A stretch of 57,073 nucleotides of DNA, filler included, from Platydemus manokwari (GCA_037951405.1; 5 parts of 5 records of this genome joined end to end with filler, not necessarily neighbours in it), one strand, 5' to 3'. Counted from the first letter of the whole stretch, positions 25,809 through 39,863 are shown. Translations and numbers: made by a program. Notes: a model not told the origin generated them from the sequence alone.

Positions 25809-27843
25809 AATTACACGAACAGATAAAGATAACAGTTTCCATATCAGATTTATTTTTTCGATTGTCCATATTTTCGTTATGATTATAAAATTCATGTCAT
25901 TACGAATTAAAGAGTAATGCGATAATTTTTATAAAGAAAAATAAATTTGTGGCATTATAATGTTTTGTATTCCACTTATAAATGCACAAATTGTCGGTAA
26001 AAACCAAAATCAAGTTTTAGAGTATTGTACTGATTATAACGTTAAAGTTCGATTCTTTGCTCTCAACAATTATTTAGTGATTCAAAATAGTAATGAACAT
26101 TACTTTATGGTTATAGGTAAGTTATTATTTAGTGAGATGTATATAATATTAGCGTGATGATTTATCCATTATTTTACGTTGCGATAATTAAAAACATTAC
26201 AATTACCTGATAATAAATCCATTGATTAAAACAAAACACATAGTGAATTCATATTTGAAAAAATCAAGCCCAATTAATTATCGCAAACTGCGAACAAAAT
26301 ATCCAACTGAAATAAAAAAATAGCCATGCATTAAATAAAATAAATTAACGTGCATTAAATATCAGAAAATTATTCTCTGCCTTAGTGTAATCAATTTCGG
26401 AGCATTTTTATTTGCCACGATAAATTATAGTGCATTAAACATAAATGTATTGCCAACACACGCTTTGACTAAATCTAAAGCAAAAGAGTGCCAAATGACA
26501 TTTTGAAAGATATCGGATGTGACAGATATAGAGACCGTTTAGAAAGTAATGTTACAAATGTATCCCATTAAATTATCCAGGAAAAATAATTTAAATGGTT
26601 GAATCTATATCAACAAATTGGCTCTGTTTTAAATTGTAGTATCGCAGTAACCAAAGAACGCCGACTCCAATTTGCTGTTAAAATTCAAAAGTTAGAATAA
26701 TGATAAGTAAAGGTCTCGTGAAAATTTTCAAATAATTAAATTTTTGAAAAATTAGAGCTGCAATACAGTTTATCTATTTATCAGAAGATTGCCTGTCATC
26801 CGATTTTTATTTTAACGAGGCTTTATTAACGAAAAATCGAAATCCACAAGTGGAGTCTTAATCATAGCAAAATTGTTTATCTTCTAAGAATTTCAAGAAT
26901 AACAAAATCATACACGCAGCTGTTTATAGTATTGAGTACATTATTTGGTTTTGCATCAGAGATGATAACATACGGTTTTTATTCAGCGGTATGACTTTAT
27001 TTGTAAAACATTTTTCCAAAGATTTAGGTCCAATATTAATACAACGACTTGTATTGACAAAAAAATTAATAGTTATCTACATTTTGGAGTAACATAAATA
27101 ATTATTTAACTCATCGACTAAACGCTTTTCTCAATTTTTCTTCGAATAGTCGAAATTGCGGTTCAGTCTTCTAAACGCCAGTTTTAATGTTTAGAAAACA
27201 TTCATGATTAATCATTGCTCAAAATAGGAATGTTAATATGTAATGTAATTCATGCTTAATGTTTATATTATTTATTCTATGTTAATCAAACAAATGTTAA
27301 ACATTTACGTCAGAGAACGGAATCCTTCGATCATTTCTTTAATAAATCCCAAAGGATATCAGATCCACAAAGCAAGAAAAAGAAGATTGTGTCAAAATAT
27401 CTTAAAAGTTAAGAACTGTAAATTTACCATGGCTTAAAATTGGTAAATATAGCAAGCCATACGCATTTATTAAAGGAAAGAAATATTTATGATATAAATT
27501 CATAAGCGTATCATACAACGATTTTTTTAGAAAGCCACTGACGTTAATACTTAATAGCGTAAGCAACACTGAAGCAAATAGGCACCTTATGCTTTACTTT
27601 AACTACAATACCAATATTGGTTAAAACTATCCCCGAATATCCCTGAGAACAATTGACGAGTTCTTAGGTTTCATGAAATAATTTATGAATTCCTAATTTT
27701 TTATCAATAAATCAAAAGAAGGAAATTGTTAAAATTAAGATTTTTTTTAATGATTTGTTCTAACGTTCTAATTTGTTATTGGTTAATATTTTAAACAAAT
27801 ATATAAAGATATTCATTGTTCCACATTTTCATATGATTTAATT

Positions 27844-28800
27844 ATGATATTTGTAATAAAAACCCATCTCAATGATTCGATAGGATTTGTGATAGTTCGA
27901 TATATTTTTATGTTCGTTTTTCTTTTATCAAATATTATGCTGATGGTTTTTGTTTCAAAAAAAAGGATCGCATCAAGAACTGCAACAATTCTCATCAAAA
28001 CTAGTACAGTGTTTGATATATTTGCATTAATATCCTTGTGTTTTACTCCGATTCAAGATCCAAAATATTTTCTTTCTGAAAGCATGATCTATATTAAATT
28101 CTACTGTTATGTTATAAATCTAAAATTCATCTATTGGATGTTTATAAACTTTAGTATTTATTTAATGGTTTCGTTGACAATCGACAGATCAATATGCATT
28201 GTATTTCCCATATACTACAAAAAGAAAAAATCATATGAAGTATATTTCTACATTATCACTGCTATTTTCATCTCATTTTTCTTCACAATAGTTTACACAA
28301 CATTTGTCGAAATTACAACAAAAATTATTACTCTATCAGCTGTAATTTCCAAGAAAAGGCACTACTGCAATAATAAAACACCTCATATTTTGGTAATAAA
28401 TTATGTTGTAACCTCTAATATTGGTCCTGTAGCGATAATTATAATTCTGAATTGTGTGTCAGGTTATTTTATATATTTGAGCACAAAAACCATGGCAAAT
28501 ATTAATAATCAACACATCAATCATATACGAAAAAAAATGTTAACTAGATTTACTTTAGCCAACTTCATCTCCAATTCAATTCATGTCATTCTGCTTATCA
28601 TGGATTCAGTATTCCAATTAATGGGTTCCATGAATATCTTAGATCGAATGATATCAAATTATTACTCTTATTATTACGAATTTGCATTTGGATGCCTGAC
28701 TATAATCAATCCAATAACTTATTTAATAATATTTCCGAGGTTTCGCCACTACTTATTTGCAACGTTTCAATGGATGATATTAAAAGTCGTTTCAAAATAA
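27844..28800 (+). CDS. Intronless class A (rhodopsin-like) 7TM GPCR, orphan / chemoreceptor-like, 318 aa
   Basis: Seven hydrophobic segments; TM1 Asn (LSN), TM2 Asp (VFDI), Cys at top of TM3 and in ECL2, SLTIDRSICIVFP (DRY to DRS), INPITY (NPxxY), helix-8 PRFR. Confidence 0.9.
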   Translation: MIFVIKTHLNDSIGFVIVRYIFMFVFLLSNIMLMVFVSKKRIASRTATILIKTSTVFDIFALISLCFTPIQDPKYFLSESMIYIKFYCYVINLKFIYWMFINFSIYLMVSLTIDRSICIVFPIYYKKKKSYEVYFYIITAIFISFFFTIVYTTFVEITTKIITLSAVISKKRHYCNNKTPHILVINYVVTSNIGPVAIIIILNCVSGYFIYLSTKTMANINNQHINHIRKKMLTRFTLANFISNSIHVILLIMDSVFQLMGSMNILDRMISNYYSYYYEFAFGCLTIINPITYLIIFPRFRHYLFATFQWMILKVVSK

Positions 28801-30420
28801 TAAAATTATTGAAAAATATTCACAAAGAAATTGTTGACATCAAATAGTCAATGGATGTGTATGTGCCATTGTTAACTCTGGTTTTTGTCAAAAATAAATA
28901 ACTATTTTAAAAATGTTGCCCTTGTCTTATTGCTGAGATTTTCTAATTAAATCGAATTAAAAATCACATTTTAAGTGAATATATGCCGTCGTTGTTTTGT
29001 AAAAATGACAGCAGAACATCATAACAAACTACAATTATTTTAAAAAGTTAATATATAAAATTGGATTATGATATCTTTTAAATTGATATCTTTCAAATTA
29101 TTTTAATTTTAAAATGCTCACATCCCTATCTCTATTAAATATACACGTATTTACTTATTTACATTATCCAATTGATAGCTTTCCTAAAGATATTAAAAGA
29201 CAAAAATTTTATCTACAAACGTTTCTTGATTATTTGAAGAACAAAGCAATCTTATTAAAAAATTTTCAAAATGTTGCTGATGAATTTACTTGGAATTAAC
29301 AGTGCTGCATACTGTGATGTTGAAAATTATTATAAAAATAATTGTTAGCAGTGGCAACTTTGCTGAAAATTGAAGATTCAACGAAAACATCCCTTTATCA
29401 AATTTTTGTAACTTTTTATCTATTTCAAAATAAATATTATTGAATAAATTAAAAATATTATCTAGAGTGCTATAGCTATCAATATTATTCTGGAATTTAT
29501 ATAAAAATATTTATATTATTTAATAATTACCTTATATTTACTACTTACTTTATATTAAATTTTGAATAATTTAAGAGAAGTTTATTTTTTGTTATTGTAA
29601 CGTTTTGGGGTCATTGCTTTTATTTCTATACTGATTAATATTTGATTTTTTTCGACATTTAAGACTTGATCAGTTCTCACAGTCATTCTTGATACTCAAT
29701 TAGTTTTATGGTCTTTATATTTTGATATTGCTCCGCCCCGATGTTCTCAACTTATGTGACGATAAGTGGAACCGCGTAGAAATCGATTTGAATTGATTTT
29801 AATTCTTGGTTGCCTCTATTATTTTTTATTGATATTACTATCAGTCTCAGTTAATTTGATTTAATATACACCAGAAAGAACTTCTAAAATTGATGAATGA
29901 TAACGAACTTATAATGCATCTCATAATGCTAACGGATATCAAAACTAATTTTTAACACCTAAATATGTATTAGATTTTAAATGGTACAAATTTAATATTC
30001 CTATATAATTATATTATTTGAAGTTACTTATATATACCTAAACGATGGATTGAATATACAATTTAGATAAGTAGATTGTAGACCAACAAGACCCTTGGTT
30101 ACTATTGGGTAAGTGTGCGTTCCAAGAGGGTTTTCGAAGCTCAGCTCAATAAATATATATTTAATTCACAGAGAAATTCTCGGCAATCAATTCCACTATG
30201 GCAGACAGAAATTCTCTACAATTAAATTCATGGTAATTTATTTCATTTTATGCATAAGCAATAATATATTTAAAGCATGGATATTTTATTCGCTGTGCGC
30301 GATAAGGCATTCTGCTTGATTATTGCATAGATAAATTCACTATGGATATTGTTTTAATTTCATTTGTAAGAAACTATGAGAGTTATTAATTGAGAATTAA
30401 ATGATACTATATTATGTTAT

Positions 30421-30520
30421 NNNNNNNNNNNNNNNNNNNNNNNNNNNNNNNNNNNNNNNNNNNNTTAATTAATTAANNNNNNNNNNNNNNNNNNNNNNNN
30501 NNNNNNNNNNNNNNNNNNNN
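30421..30520. other. Artificial contig spacer
   Basis: N44-TTAATTAATTAA-N44. Confidence 0.97.
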
Positions 30521-30522
30521 CT

Positions 30523-30596
30523 AATGATTTTAGTTAAATATTAACAGTTTAAATATGCAATGCAAAAACGGCCATTATTTTCCCAACAACCTAATA
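30523..30596 (-). mobile_element. Terminal 74 bp of a young mariner-type element at contig start
   Basis: Exact reverse complement of 44217-44290; reads TA-TTAGGTTGTTGGGAAAATAATGGCCGTTTTTGC on the minus strand, resembling Hsmar1/MADE1-type TIRs (TTAGGTTGGTGCAAAAGTAATTGCGGTTTTTGC). Confidence 0.8.
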
Positions 30597-31015
30597 AATC
30601 CATATTTGCAGAAGCAATGTCAGTTACTGCTATTTTGTAAGACACGAATTGATAGTGGGTTTATATGATAAAATATAATTGATTAATTTTAAATTTAATT
30701 TTTAAAATTTTTAAAATCAAGAATTTATATGTAAAAATTTATTTTTATCTCTCTAATCCCGGAATCATTGAAATTTTAAATACAGTAGTACATTAAACTA
30801 AAATTCATTTGTTACTATAAAATTGTAAGCAAAATCTAATGAAATTTACGGAATATTAGAAGATCAAAGAATCAGAAAATTATCTTTATTAACATGAATT
30901 ATTAAATAAAATTATGGCATGATATTTCAACTAACATATGATTTAAGATATTGTTTAAATATATCAAGAAGTACCAATATAAATTGTAAATTAATTTGAA
31001 TTGACTAAAATATTG

Positions 31016-34000
31016 ATGTTGTTATTGTGGTTTATGGTCATTTATTTTACTATCATTTATTCAAATGATGTGGGTGTTTTGTATATTATTTATTTGTTAT
31101 TTAATTAATAATTATAATTTCACTTAGGCTAAAGCAATTCTCGCTTTTCGAATATATGATTATAGCAATCCTAAAAATTTATTATCTAATGGTTACAATT
31201 GTGAAAATTTTCACTGGGCTGGTGATCATTGTGATCCTATGTTTCACATTTGTGTTTCATCAAACAATAATCAGTAATTCATAATTATTTGTAATTAATT
31301 TGTGTTCATTTTTAACTATTTCAGTAAATGTGAGCTATTCAATAATACAATAGGTGGTTGGGCCAATTCGAAAACCATTTCTTTTATCATATCAAAGAAA
31401 ATTATATTAGAAAGATTTGATGTAATTTATTAAATAATTATATTATATTATTGTTTATACTCTTATTACAATATGATAAAACACTGTTGTAATAACTCGT
31501 AATAAAAGGGGTAAGCAAGGAAAATATTGATTACCATTTTTGTTAATTTAAATGACATTTTTATCTTTTAAAACATTACCAATTTCTGACAACAATTACT
31601 GGTTGATCCTAAAATCTAATTCGCCAATTAAATATTGAGCTTTAAGGTTGTAAAACTAAGAGTTTATAACCAAGTTCGGAATGATTCGAATAATTTGATC
31701 TATATAATCGATGAGCCTCATCTATTGAGAAATGGTGCAAATTATATAATAAGTAAATGTTCCAGTTTAAGAGCTAACATCGTTAGCAAGTTGGATAATT
31801 CAGTCACCTGTATTTGTTGTACAGATGTATGGCAAGTGGCCAAGAATTAAGAATATTTAAGTGCAATAAATCGGAAATTATCGAAATCGCAAAGTGTTGT
31901 ATGAAATGCAACATTGAATCGAACTGCGAGCCATGTCGATTTTATAGCGTCAACGGACAGAAAATCCCTAAATTACATTCTTGAAAAGTGACCTACTTTA
32001 TCTTAATAACCGTCCTGAAAATGAAGCCAAATGTGATATCATTGAATCTAAAAACTATATATTCAAGTCAAATTCTGGATGGAAAAAATATATAGGAAAG
32101 AGATTATTTCAGTTGATCGAAAGTTATCTTAATATTTTTAAGCAACTTTAAATTACCTAATACGAGGTTATAAGTAACCATGATACAAGTTCGTATTGAC
32201 TGGCTGCTACAACCACGATAGTTTTGTTTAATTGATTATACCCAACACTACTAGTATTTTAATAATCAGTGGCGTGAGCCAATCAGATGAATTTTAAAAC
32301 GTAGATTTAAAACAAAATCTTATTGTCGTTACTAGAAACAGATATATAATGTTTGAAACGGATTCAAAAATACTTTAAAAAGTTGGTTCTTGCAATCAAA
32401 AACGAAATCATTGTATAACATGAAATATATTTCCGATTATTGGATATGACACTCAAAAGGTAATTTAGACTTTGAAGATTGATTTCATTACACTCAAATT
32501 TCTTGACTCTTCACAATATTCATGAGGTGAAAAAGCTCATTAAGCATACTGAATAATATAAAACCTTACGCTAAAGTTTATTTTCCAATTATGAATTTTC
32601 TTGAGATGAAAATCATTGATTAAACCAGTAAAGTTTTGAAAAATGCAATAATTAATTTATTTTATTTACAGGGAACCATTGGAGTCAAGGTGGCTGTGGA
32701 TGACCAGGATAATTATGATAAACATGACCATATAGCAATATTCAAATCCATCTTCATTATATCTACGCTTAATTATAGCTCAAATGTTTCCATGACAGTT
32801 ACTCCACGGGGTTTAAATATCAGGTAAGTTCATTTGCAGCTGTATTGATGAATTTCGAATATCTGATCTTTGATCGTTGATAACTGTATGCATTTTTAAA
32901 TAATATATCAATTCATTCCAATTCGATATTTCCTACACATCCTTGGAATATGTAATTTGAAAAACGACCTTTATCCAAGATAATACAAACTCTATGAATT
33001 AGCTTATAAACAATTGTTTATGGATTACTGTATCAAAGCTTAACTGGACATCAATATTTCGATATAATATTGATTGATTCTATTTTTTGAATTGAATAAT
33101 GAAATGTTTTACCCATTTCATTCCATCCTCCATATATTAGACTATCTTGTTATCATTGGATATTAAAGATAGATCAAACCGATAATCGACTCGATAATAT
33201 TTTAATTAAATTATCTTTAAAATGCTGCAAAGCTTTTGAAGGGAAAAAAATTAATTCCTAACTAATTGATTTTATTTACCCAACTGTAGTCTTATCACGA
33301 AACGTTTCATCTTCCATGAAACAATATTTGGTGGTAGAGAGCAAAATTGACAAGTTAATTGATGCTTTTGTCATAAACACCTTATTTTTATTAAAAATTA
33401 ATAAATATAATGCTTGTATTGTAAATTTTATGATTTTCAGTCTTAAATGTAAAATTATAAGTTATGAATTGATTATAAAATTACTTGAATTGTCCGTTTA
33501 TTCGATATAATATACACCATTTGCGGTGACTTCTTGGTAAATTATGATTAATAAACCCTTTCGTGATATCGGGACGAAATAGAACACAAGATTGAGTCTA
33601 TCTCTATAAATAAGAAGAATATAGGATTTTTTGTAGACACTCGATAGGTATTGGGTTTTGAATTGTATAATTTTCCGACGGTATTTGGCTCTCAACTTTC
33701 GGCTGTTTCGAATAAGGGCAGTACTGATTTCCAAAAACGGGTGAACACTGAATGTCGTCAGCCCATTCATATGATTTGGTTTATATTGGTTTTTAATATA
33801 GAGATATTGATTTTATTTCTTTGCATTTGTTAGAATATTCAGAATAATTTAGTTTAGATGGGTTGAAACAAAACCTATACATTCAAATATTTCATTCGTT
33901 GTTCTATATATAAACGATTTAGATGGATCTACTTATCAATATGAGTTTGACAAACTTATATTTGGAGTTTGGCAGTCCGTTTTAATTGGTATATTAATAT

Positions 34001-37000
34001 ATATTTTCATAAAAACGAGGATTTCTTATTATTAAGCTTCGAATAGAAAACTAGTCAGATAAACCTTCAGTTTATTTCTTCGCTATTAGCAAAATTAAGA
34101 AATAATTATAATATTATTAATCATATTAATAATGATATCAGCAATAATATTATTATATTACTATATTATATATGCGGATTGAAAACGAATTTCAAAGTTA
34201 TTTCCAAGCAATATGTACCACAATACTCAAGCAAATTATATAAAGCCAGTTTAAATATATTTTCATTTAAATGTTTTATTTAAAAATTGTTTGCCATAAC
34301 TTCATAATCGTCACAATATCATTATTATTATTGCTATTATTATTATAGATCCATTCATTTAATTCAATATTTTATTGGTTATTAGGTTAAAAGCTAGCGT
34401 AATGGTAAATTGTTTTATAAATTACTACGGAAAACATTGTGAAGTTTATTGCAATTCGGGAGGCGGAAATTTCCAATGTGATAAAATATCTGGTAAAAAG
34501 ATATGCAATAGGAATTATTACGGAGTTGACTGCGATAGATATTGCTCTCCGGTATTGGGGAATTATATATGTAATCAAACTACTGGAAAGAGGATATGTA
34601 ACTTAAAATGTACTTCCTTTGGTACATGTATCTATTATAGGTATGTAGTAATCATTTTAGTCATTCTTGCAGATTTCTATGATTGTGATTTTAATTATAT
34701 TATATAATTATTGCAATGTTTAGAGCTAACTTAACAGCTCGACTTTAATTACTTAATCCAACTCCTAATCTAATTCCAGTACCCACTAAGTTAAAAAAAG
34801 GTCTTCGAATTAAGATATATTTTAATTACACTATACTCCGAATATCAATGTTACAAAGAAACAGGTTTCGAATAATGTCAAGTGTTGGATTCTCCTTTAC
34901 AATTAACTAATCTCTGACTCAAAAATAGAAGGCTACAACTTTATTTCTATTCTCAAAATATAAACAAAATCTGGCTTTCAAATAAATACACAAAACTAGA
35001 CTTTCAACTGACAATGCTAAAAATCAGAAATATAAACAAAACTTGCCGTCAGACTGGCAGTTGGCAATTTTACATCGCAATTTATATTCGAAATCTGTGT
35101 GTAAATTTTTGTATCATGCTGTATCACATTTTGATTCGATCTTTGCTTTTTCGTGTTCCTAATGGGCTTTTAAGTTTTTTCATGAGTGCTATTAGTCAAT
35201 CCCTATGTTAGTGTGTTTATGGTTTTGTCTCTTTTTCCGATTGTCATGTACCATTTAATGCCACTGATTGTTGTGTGGGCATGCAAATGTTTAAAGTGCT
35301 TAAAAAAGGGTTCCAAGGTGCAAATCCATTTCCATTTTGCAGAATTTCATCTCACTCAATGCAAATTAATAAAACTAGTACCTAGTCCAGGTACTTTTTC
35401 TGGATACTTTACCTCAGAATCTAGCTCTGGTTACCATATGGTTACTAATACTCCACGCTACACTTTCAATACACACTACTGCCTTACAACTACACTTGTT
35501 GCAGGGTTAAATACTCTTGAAATGGCGAAAATATACTTATATTTATAAACTTATTACGGTTAATTATAGTTTATTACTTTATACCGCTTATTCATTCCAA
35601 TTTTCGGAAATGGTTGAAAATTAATATTTCTAAGTATAATCTATTTAATTAATTTTAACCTTACCATTTATTATTTGATTTTATTTTAAATGTCACAAAT
35701 AATTTATGGTAATTTTACTTTATTTCTTGGTTCTATTGTCAATTTCTGGTCATTATTATTTATTATCTCATTATATTTTGCTTTTTACTTTCATGTATTT
35801 TACACATATATTTATTCTACTTATTTAGGGCTCAACAATTGCATAATTTTTTGTGTTGAAAATGGATTATTTTGAATTTGATTCAACTAAATAATTCAAT
35901 ATATAATAATAAAAACATTTTGATTGGTCAAAAATAACCAATAAAAACACTTCGAATTAAAACAAGTAAATAAATTGAGCATTTCCTTGAACATAAATAA
36001 CAATTTCTATAAATATAAAATTGTATTATTATTCGAACATTTAATATTTAAAAATTCATAAACATAATAAATAACACCTAACCCTTTTACCGTGTTCCAA
36101 ATTTGTGGTTTTTAAATGGTGACAATACTGCTCCATTGAGAGGCTTTTCAAATTATAAGGAGCACTGAAATTTATAATGAAGATTTCATTAGATAATTAA
36201 ATGACTTGATATTTTTAAATTTAAGGCTTGAATGTATGTTACCGATAAATCAAGCCGACTTCTTCACTAATTGAAATCAACTAACAATACTGAGAAGGGC
36301 ATATTCTAAGATCCCTATGAAAAATTGCTGGTCGTTTTAAATTGTTATGGAGTCCATACTCTTTTCTATAAAATTAATCTTTGTTAAATCTTAATTAGTT
36401 AAACGAAAGAATAATTTCTCTACCATATAAAGCTAATACTTACCCAAATAGACACGAATTCCGTTGTCAATGTCAAATGGGATGGAGTGGAAAATACTGT
36501 GAATTATCCTCAATAAGTACAAAATATACCCCAATAAACAAAACTTTACTTTCATACAGTCATAAAAATTTGACCAGATCAGGTCGTCTCGAGGAACAAG
36601 GTTAGTTTTGATAGTAATTTCAAAAAAAGTGTTAAATTTATATCATCACTGTACTAATTAAAATATTATAAAACAAACCTTAGTTTTTCTTTATTTAAAT
36701 ATAAAAATATTTTATTTTGAAGATTTTTTCCATGACTAGATAACAGAGATCAACTCAAATTGGGTCCAATTCAAGTTAGATATGATTATATATAATTAGG
36801 AATTTTTATTGGGTGAAATAATTAAATTATTATTAACATTGGCATATGTTTTAGATTGGAATATTGGTGACAATGGTCGCAATCATCTGCATTATTGTAC
36901 TGATTATTATTAAATATCGGAAAACAAAGTAAAAATTGTTATTAAATATTATTTTACGTATACAAGTAAAACTCCCTGACAATATAAGTCAAAATCTAAT

Positions 37001-38019
37001 TTTAGGGTCTAATTCCTTGTATTTCATGAATAGACTCGTAAAAATCGAATACGAAAATATCAAAATATGTTGAATTTTTTCTTACTTTGTTCTCTAAGAG
37101 ATGTTTGTGCGAATGAATACCAAAAGTAGTATAACACAGAAGTTTATACCAGAACTACGGAGACTAGAAATACATTCACTGTGACGGATATGCTGGTTTG
37201 GAACTAGAATGCAATAAAAGAGAAGCGATATTGTGTTTTGCTCTTCTATTGATTAGTAAAAAGGTGAATTTCCAGTTAGAATTATCAATGGTTTATTATA
37301 AAAATATTTTTCTAATGTAACGTTTTGTTCTGTCAATGGCTATGATTGAAAGAGCTTGGTTTAACTACAAGATTTTACTCAAATGTGAATGTGATATTGG
37401 AACCACTAGTCAGGTGGAGCTATTATCAATATAATCCTAAGGTTTTGGTGACTACTGAAATGAGTTAAATATCTCACTTAAATTAGTTCAAACAGATTAT
37501 TATTTAAAACTTAGTAAATCATATGTGATAAAATTATAGTTAATCTATTGATTCCTGAAAATAAATATATTAATAATTATAGAAAAATGATTGAATGCGA
37601 TGAATAACAGATAAAGTATACACGAATTTAAAATAATACAAAATTTTTTTTAATCTTTTGTTTTCAAGATCGAACATTAATAGAAGTATATAGAGTTTGT
37701 CTTCTTGCTGCTTGAACAAGCCAGTGGAGTTAATTTATTTAAAAGCTCTCTGGCCCATGCCGACTTTAAAGAAGAAAATTTGACTTCGTATTTTGAGTGC
37801 CAAAATTATAATTTTAAAAACACTTCTTTAATAATATAAACACTTTATTTTTATTATAATTTTTCATCAATTCACCTTGTTTTTAGTTCATTCACATCAA
37901 ACCATTGGCCACTGGCAGATGTTGCTTTTAAAAGAAATTCGACACCAATAAATTTAAATATAGAATCATTGGAAGAATCTGATTATCAATGGCCAAACAA
38001 GACGATTTCTGATAATTAA
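31016..38019 (+). CDS. Divergent Delta/Serrate (Notch ligand)-like type I membrane protein: signal, C2/MNNL, 2 DSL-like repeats, EGF, TM, short tail (~364-373 aa)
   Basis: GT-AG exons that splice in frame: 31016-31069, 31128-31273, 31325-31421, 32672-32823, 34386-34640, 36452-36600, 36740-36774, 36855-36928, (optional 37099-37125), 37887-38019. Product: MLLLWFMVIYFTIIYS; YSNPKNLLSNGYNC...CDPMFHICV (MNNL-like); VDDQDNYDKHDHI; CFINYYGKHCEVYC...CDKISGKKIC and CNRNYYGVDCDRYC...CNQTTGKRIC; EGF ...CQCQMGWSGKYCE; TM IGILVTMVAIICIIVLIII followed by KYRK. Confidence 0.82.
31660..32000 (+). mobile_element. Possible highly degraded DNA-transposase fragment (Sola-like) in intron
   Basis: YIIDEPHLLRNGANYIIS resembles DE...KGANxxIS, followed by a broken DxxxGQNKN-like segment; many stops. 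Confidence 0.3.
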
Positions 38020-39358
38020 ATTTCGATTCCTATTTTCATGAAATCAGTTTCATTATGGACTTCGCGTCATTGTAAATTTAAATGTTTATGTTGTCAAAAA
38101 TTTCCACTTATCTAAATATTTGTATTGAATTTCGATTTTTGATCTAATTTTTGCAAGCTTTTATTGAATTATAAGTACATTATAAGTATCTTTAATTTGA
38201 TATTTGTGCTGCATCATATGTGGGCTCAAGCTCAAAAGTTGATATCAACATAAAAATTAAGTCTGAATTGTTACCCCAAATGTAGAAATGTATTTAAGCA
38301 CCGTCCATTCATCGATAAGTTACGTTAAATAAGTTCGAATTGGAAATCAATCAAGAAATTTTATTGATTTTCTGCCATTTAGTTTGAAATTAATAGAATA
38401 AAAACAATTCTAATAATCTTTTAAAAATAACTCGTACACAAAGTTTTTTTAGGCGAGTTTTAAAGTTGGCAGATAAAATTATCAAAAATATTATTTGTTT
38501 CCTACGAGGGTTGAACTCGGCCAGCACATCTAATATTGATGTGTTTCACCGGCTCTATTGGTACAGCATAGTACAGTGAGCTGTAAACAAATAAAAGATT
38601 CGACGATTTCTTACAATATCGTTTCTTTGGCAAGTGTTTCTTCACTTCTGGTTGATGATTTCACTGAAACTCCTATTGATCACTTGCGAAAGGCATGATA
38701 TTAGGTTAAACATTCGAGAGTACTTCCTGTTGATGCCAGAACAAGTTAGAAAATGATGACTCTCTCAGCTGTAGTATCTAGCAGGAAATTGGACCTTCTT
38801 AAATTATGGTTAGCTTGTGCTAGTTTGTTTGGGCTTCTAGTTACTTGTGCTAAAATTTGTTGTTTGTCGTCGATTGTTTCTTATTTTTTTCTACAAGGTG
38901 CAAAATCAATTTAATATCGTCCTCTAGAAAGCCAGGGTAAAAACAGTAGGTTTAAAATCATGTTTTAGATTATTTTCGACTAAAAGAAAATTCTCCTAAT
39001 TCGTGGAAGTTTTCGAAACGGAATTTTTGTTGTTCTCCTATAGTTTTTTAGACTGGTCTCGGGCGATTTAGATCGTGCATGCGCATGATTCAAAAACGTG
39101 GCTCAGCTTTGCGATTGATAGTACTGAAAACTTGATAAGATAAGAAGCTACATTATTCGTTCCCCAATGTTTTTGTAATAAAGTTTGGGTTTGTGGTCTG
39201 GTTTTATGGAAAGAATGTATTTATCAAAAATATGAATTTAGAAATTATATTCAAACATCATGTTAAGAAGATATGTTTTAAAACGGCTTTCATTAATCGA
39301 TATTGATGGTCCAGGAAAAAATAATTTGACTTAAAAATCTCTGCAAACACATAGATAA

Positions 39359-39863
39359 TGTTGGGTTATCAACAATTTACATCTTAAAATCTGTATTAAC
39401 TAAAATAAGATATTCAAAGTCTCAATAATAACAAATCTTTACGAAATTCACAAAAAAAAATCATTCAAGTTGGGATGAGCGCCCGAAAGTCAAAAAAGAA
39501 TGAAGAATAATCAAAAGGTTTGTTTACTGAAATCACACATAAGCTAAGCATTGAAGCTACCGACAAAAAAAGGCTAGCAAGAATCCATGGAATCCAATCT
39601 CTTTTATAGACCCATCGTGTGTGTCTGCTTGATGTCATGGATCTTCGTTTTTAATTCACTGAATTTGTTTGTTGATCGATTAACTTGAGATTTTCCTTAT
39701 ACCTCTCGTGCCATTGGAAGATATTTGGACTTGGTGAGTTATGTAGGTGCCTGTTGATTCTTAATTTCTAAATATGGATTAACATTAGAATTAATCTGAT
39801 TGGTTAACGGCACTTGTGTTTACCGGGTTTCTGCGTATTGACCCTTTTGATTGATTTGTGATA
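39359..39863. repeat. Dispersed ~0.5 kb repeat, possible solo LTR (copy 2, inverted relative to 4756-5293)
   Basis: Reverse complement aligns along most of 4756-5293. Confidence 0.65.

Noticed and set aside
33498-33833. ORFs in the DSL-like intron with weak hAT-transposase flavour
   Set aside because: Similarity too faint to support by eye.
35014-35548. 120-aa ORF and a minus-strand TGGTAACCAGAGC PBS-like motif within the DSL-like intron
   Set aside because: No paired LTR or gag similarity could be shown and the ORF has no family features.
38502-39160. GC-richer tract starting TACGAGGG, like some mariner termini
   Set aside because: No matching opposite TIR or transposase motif found.
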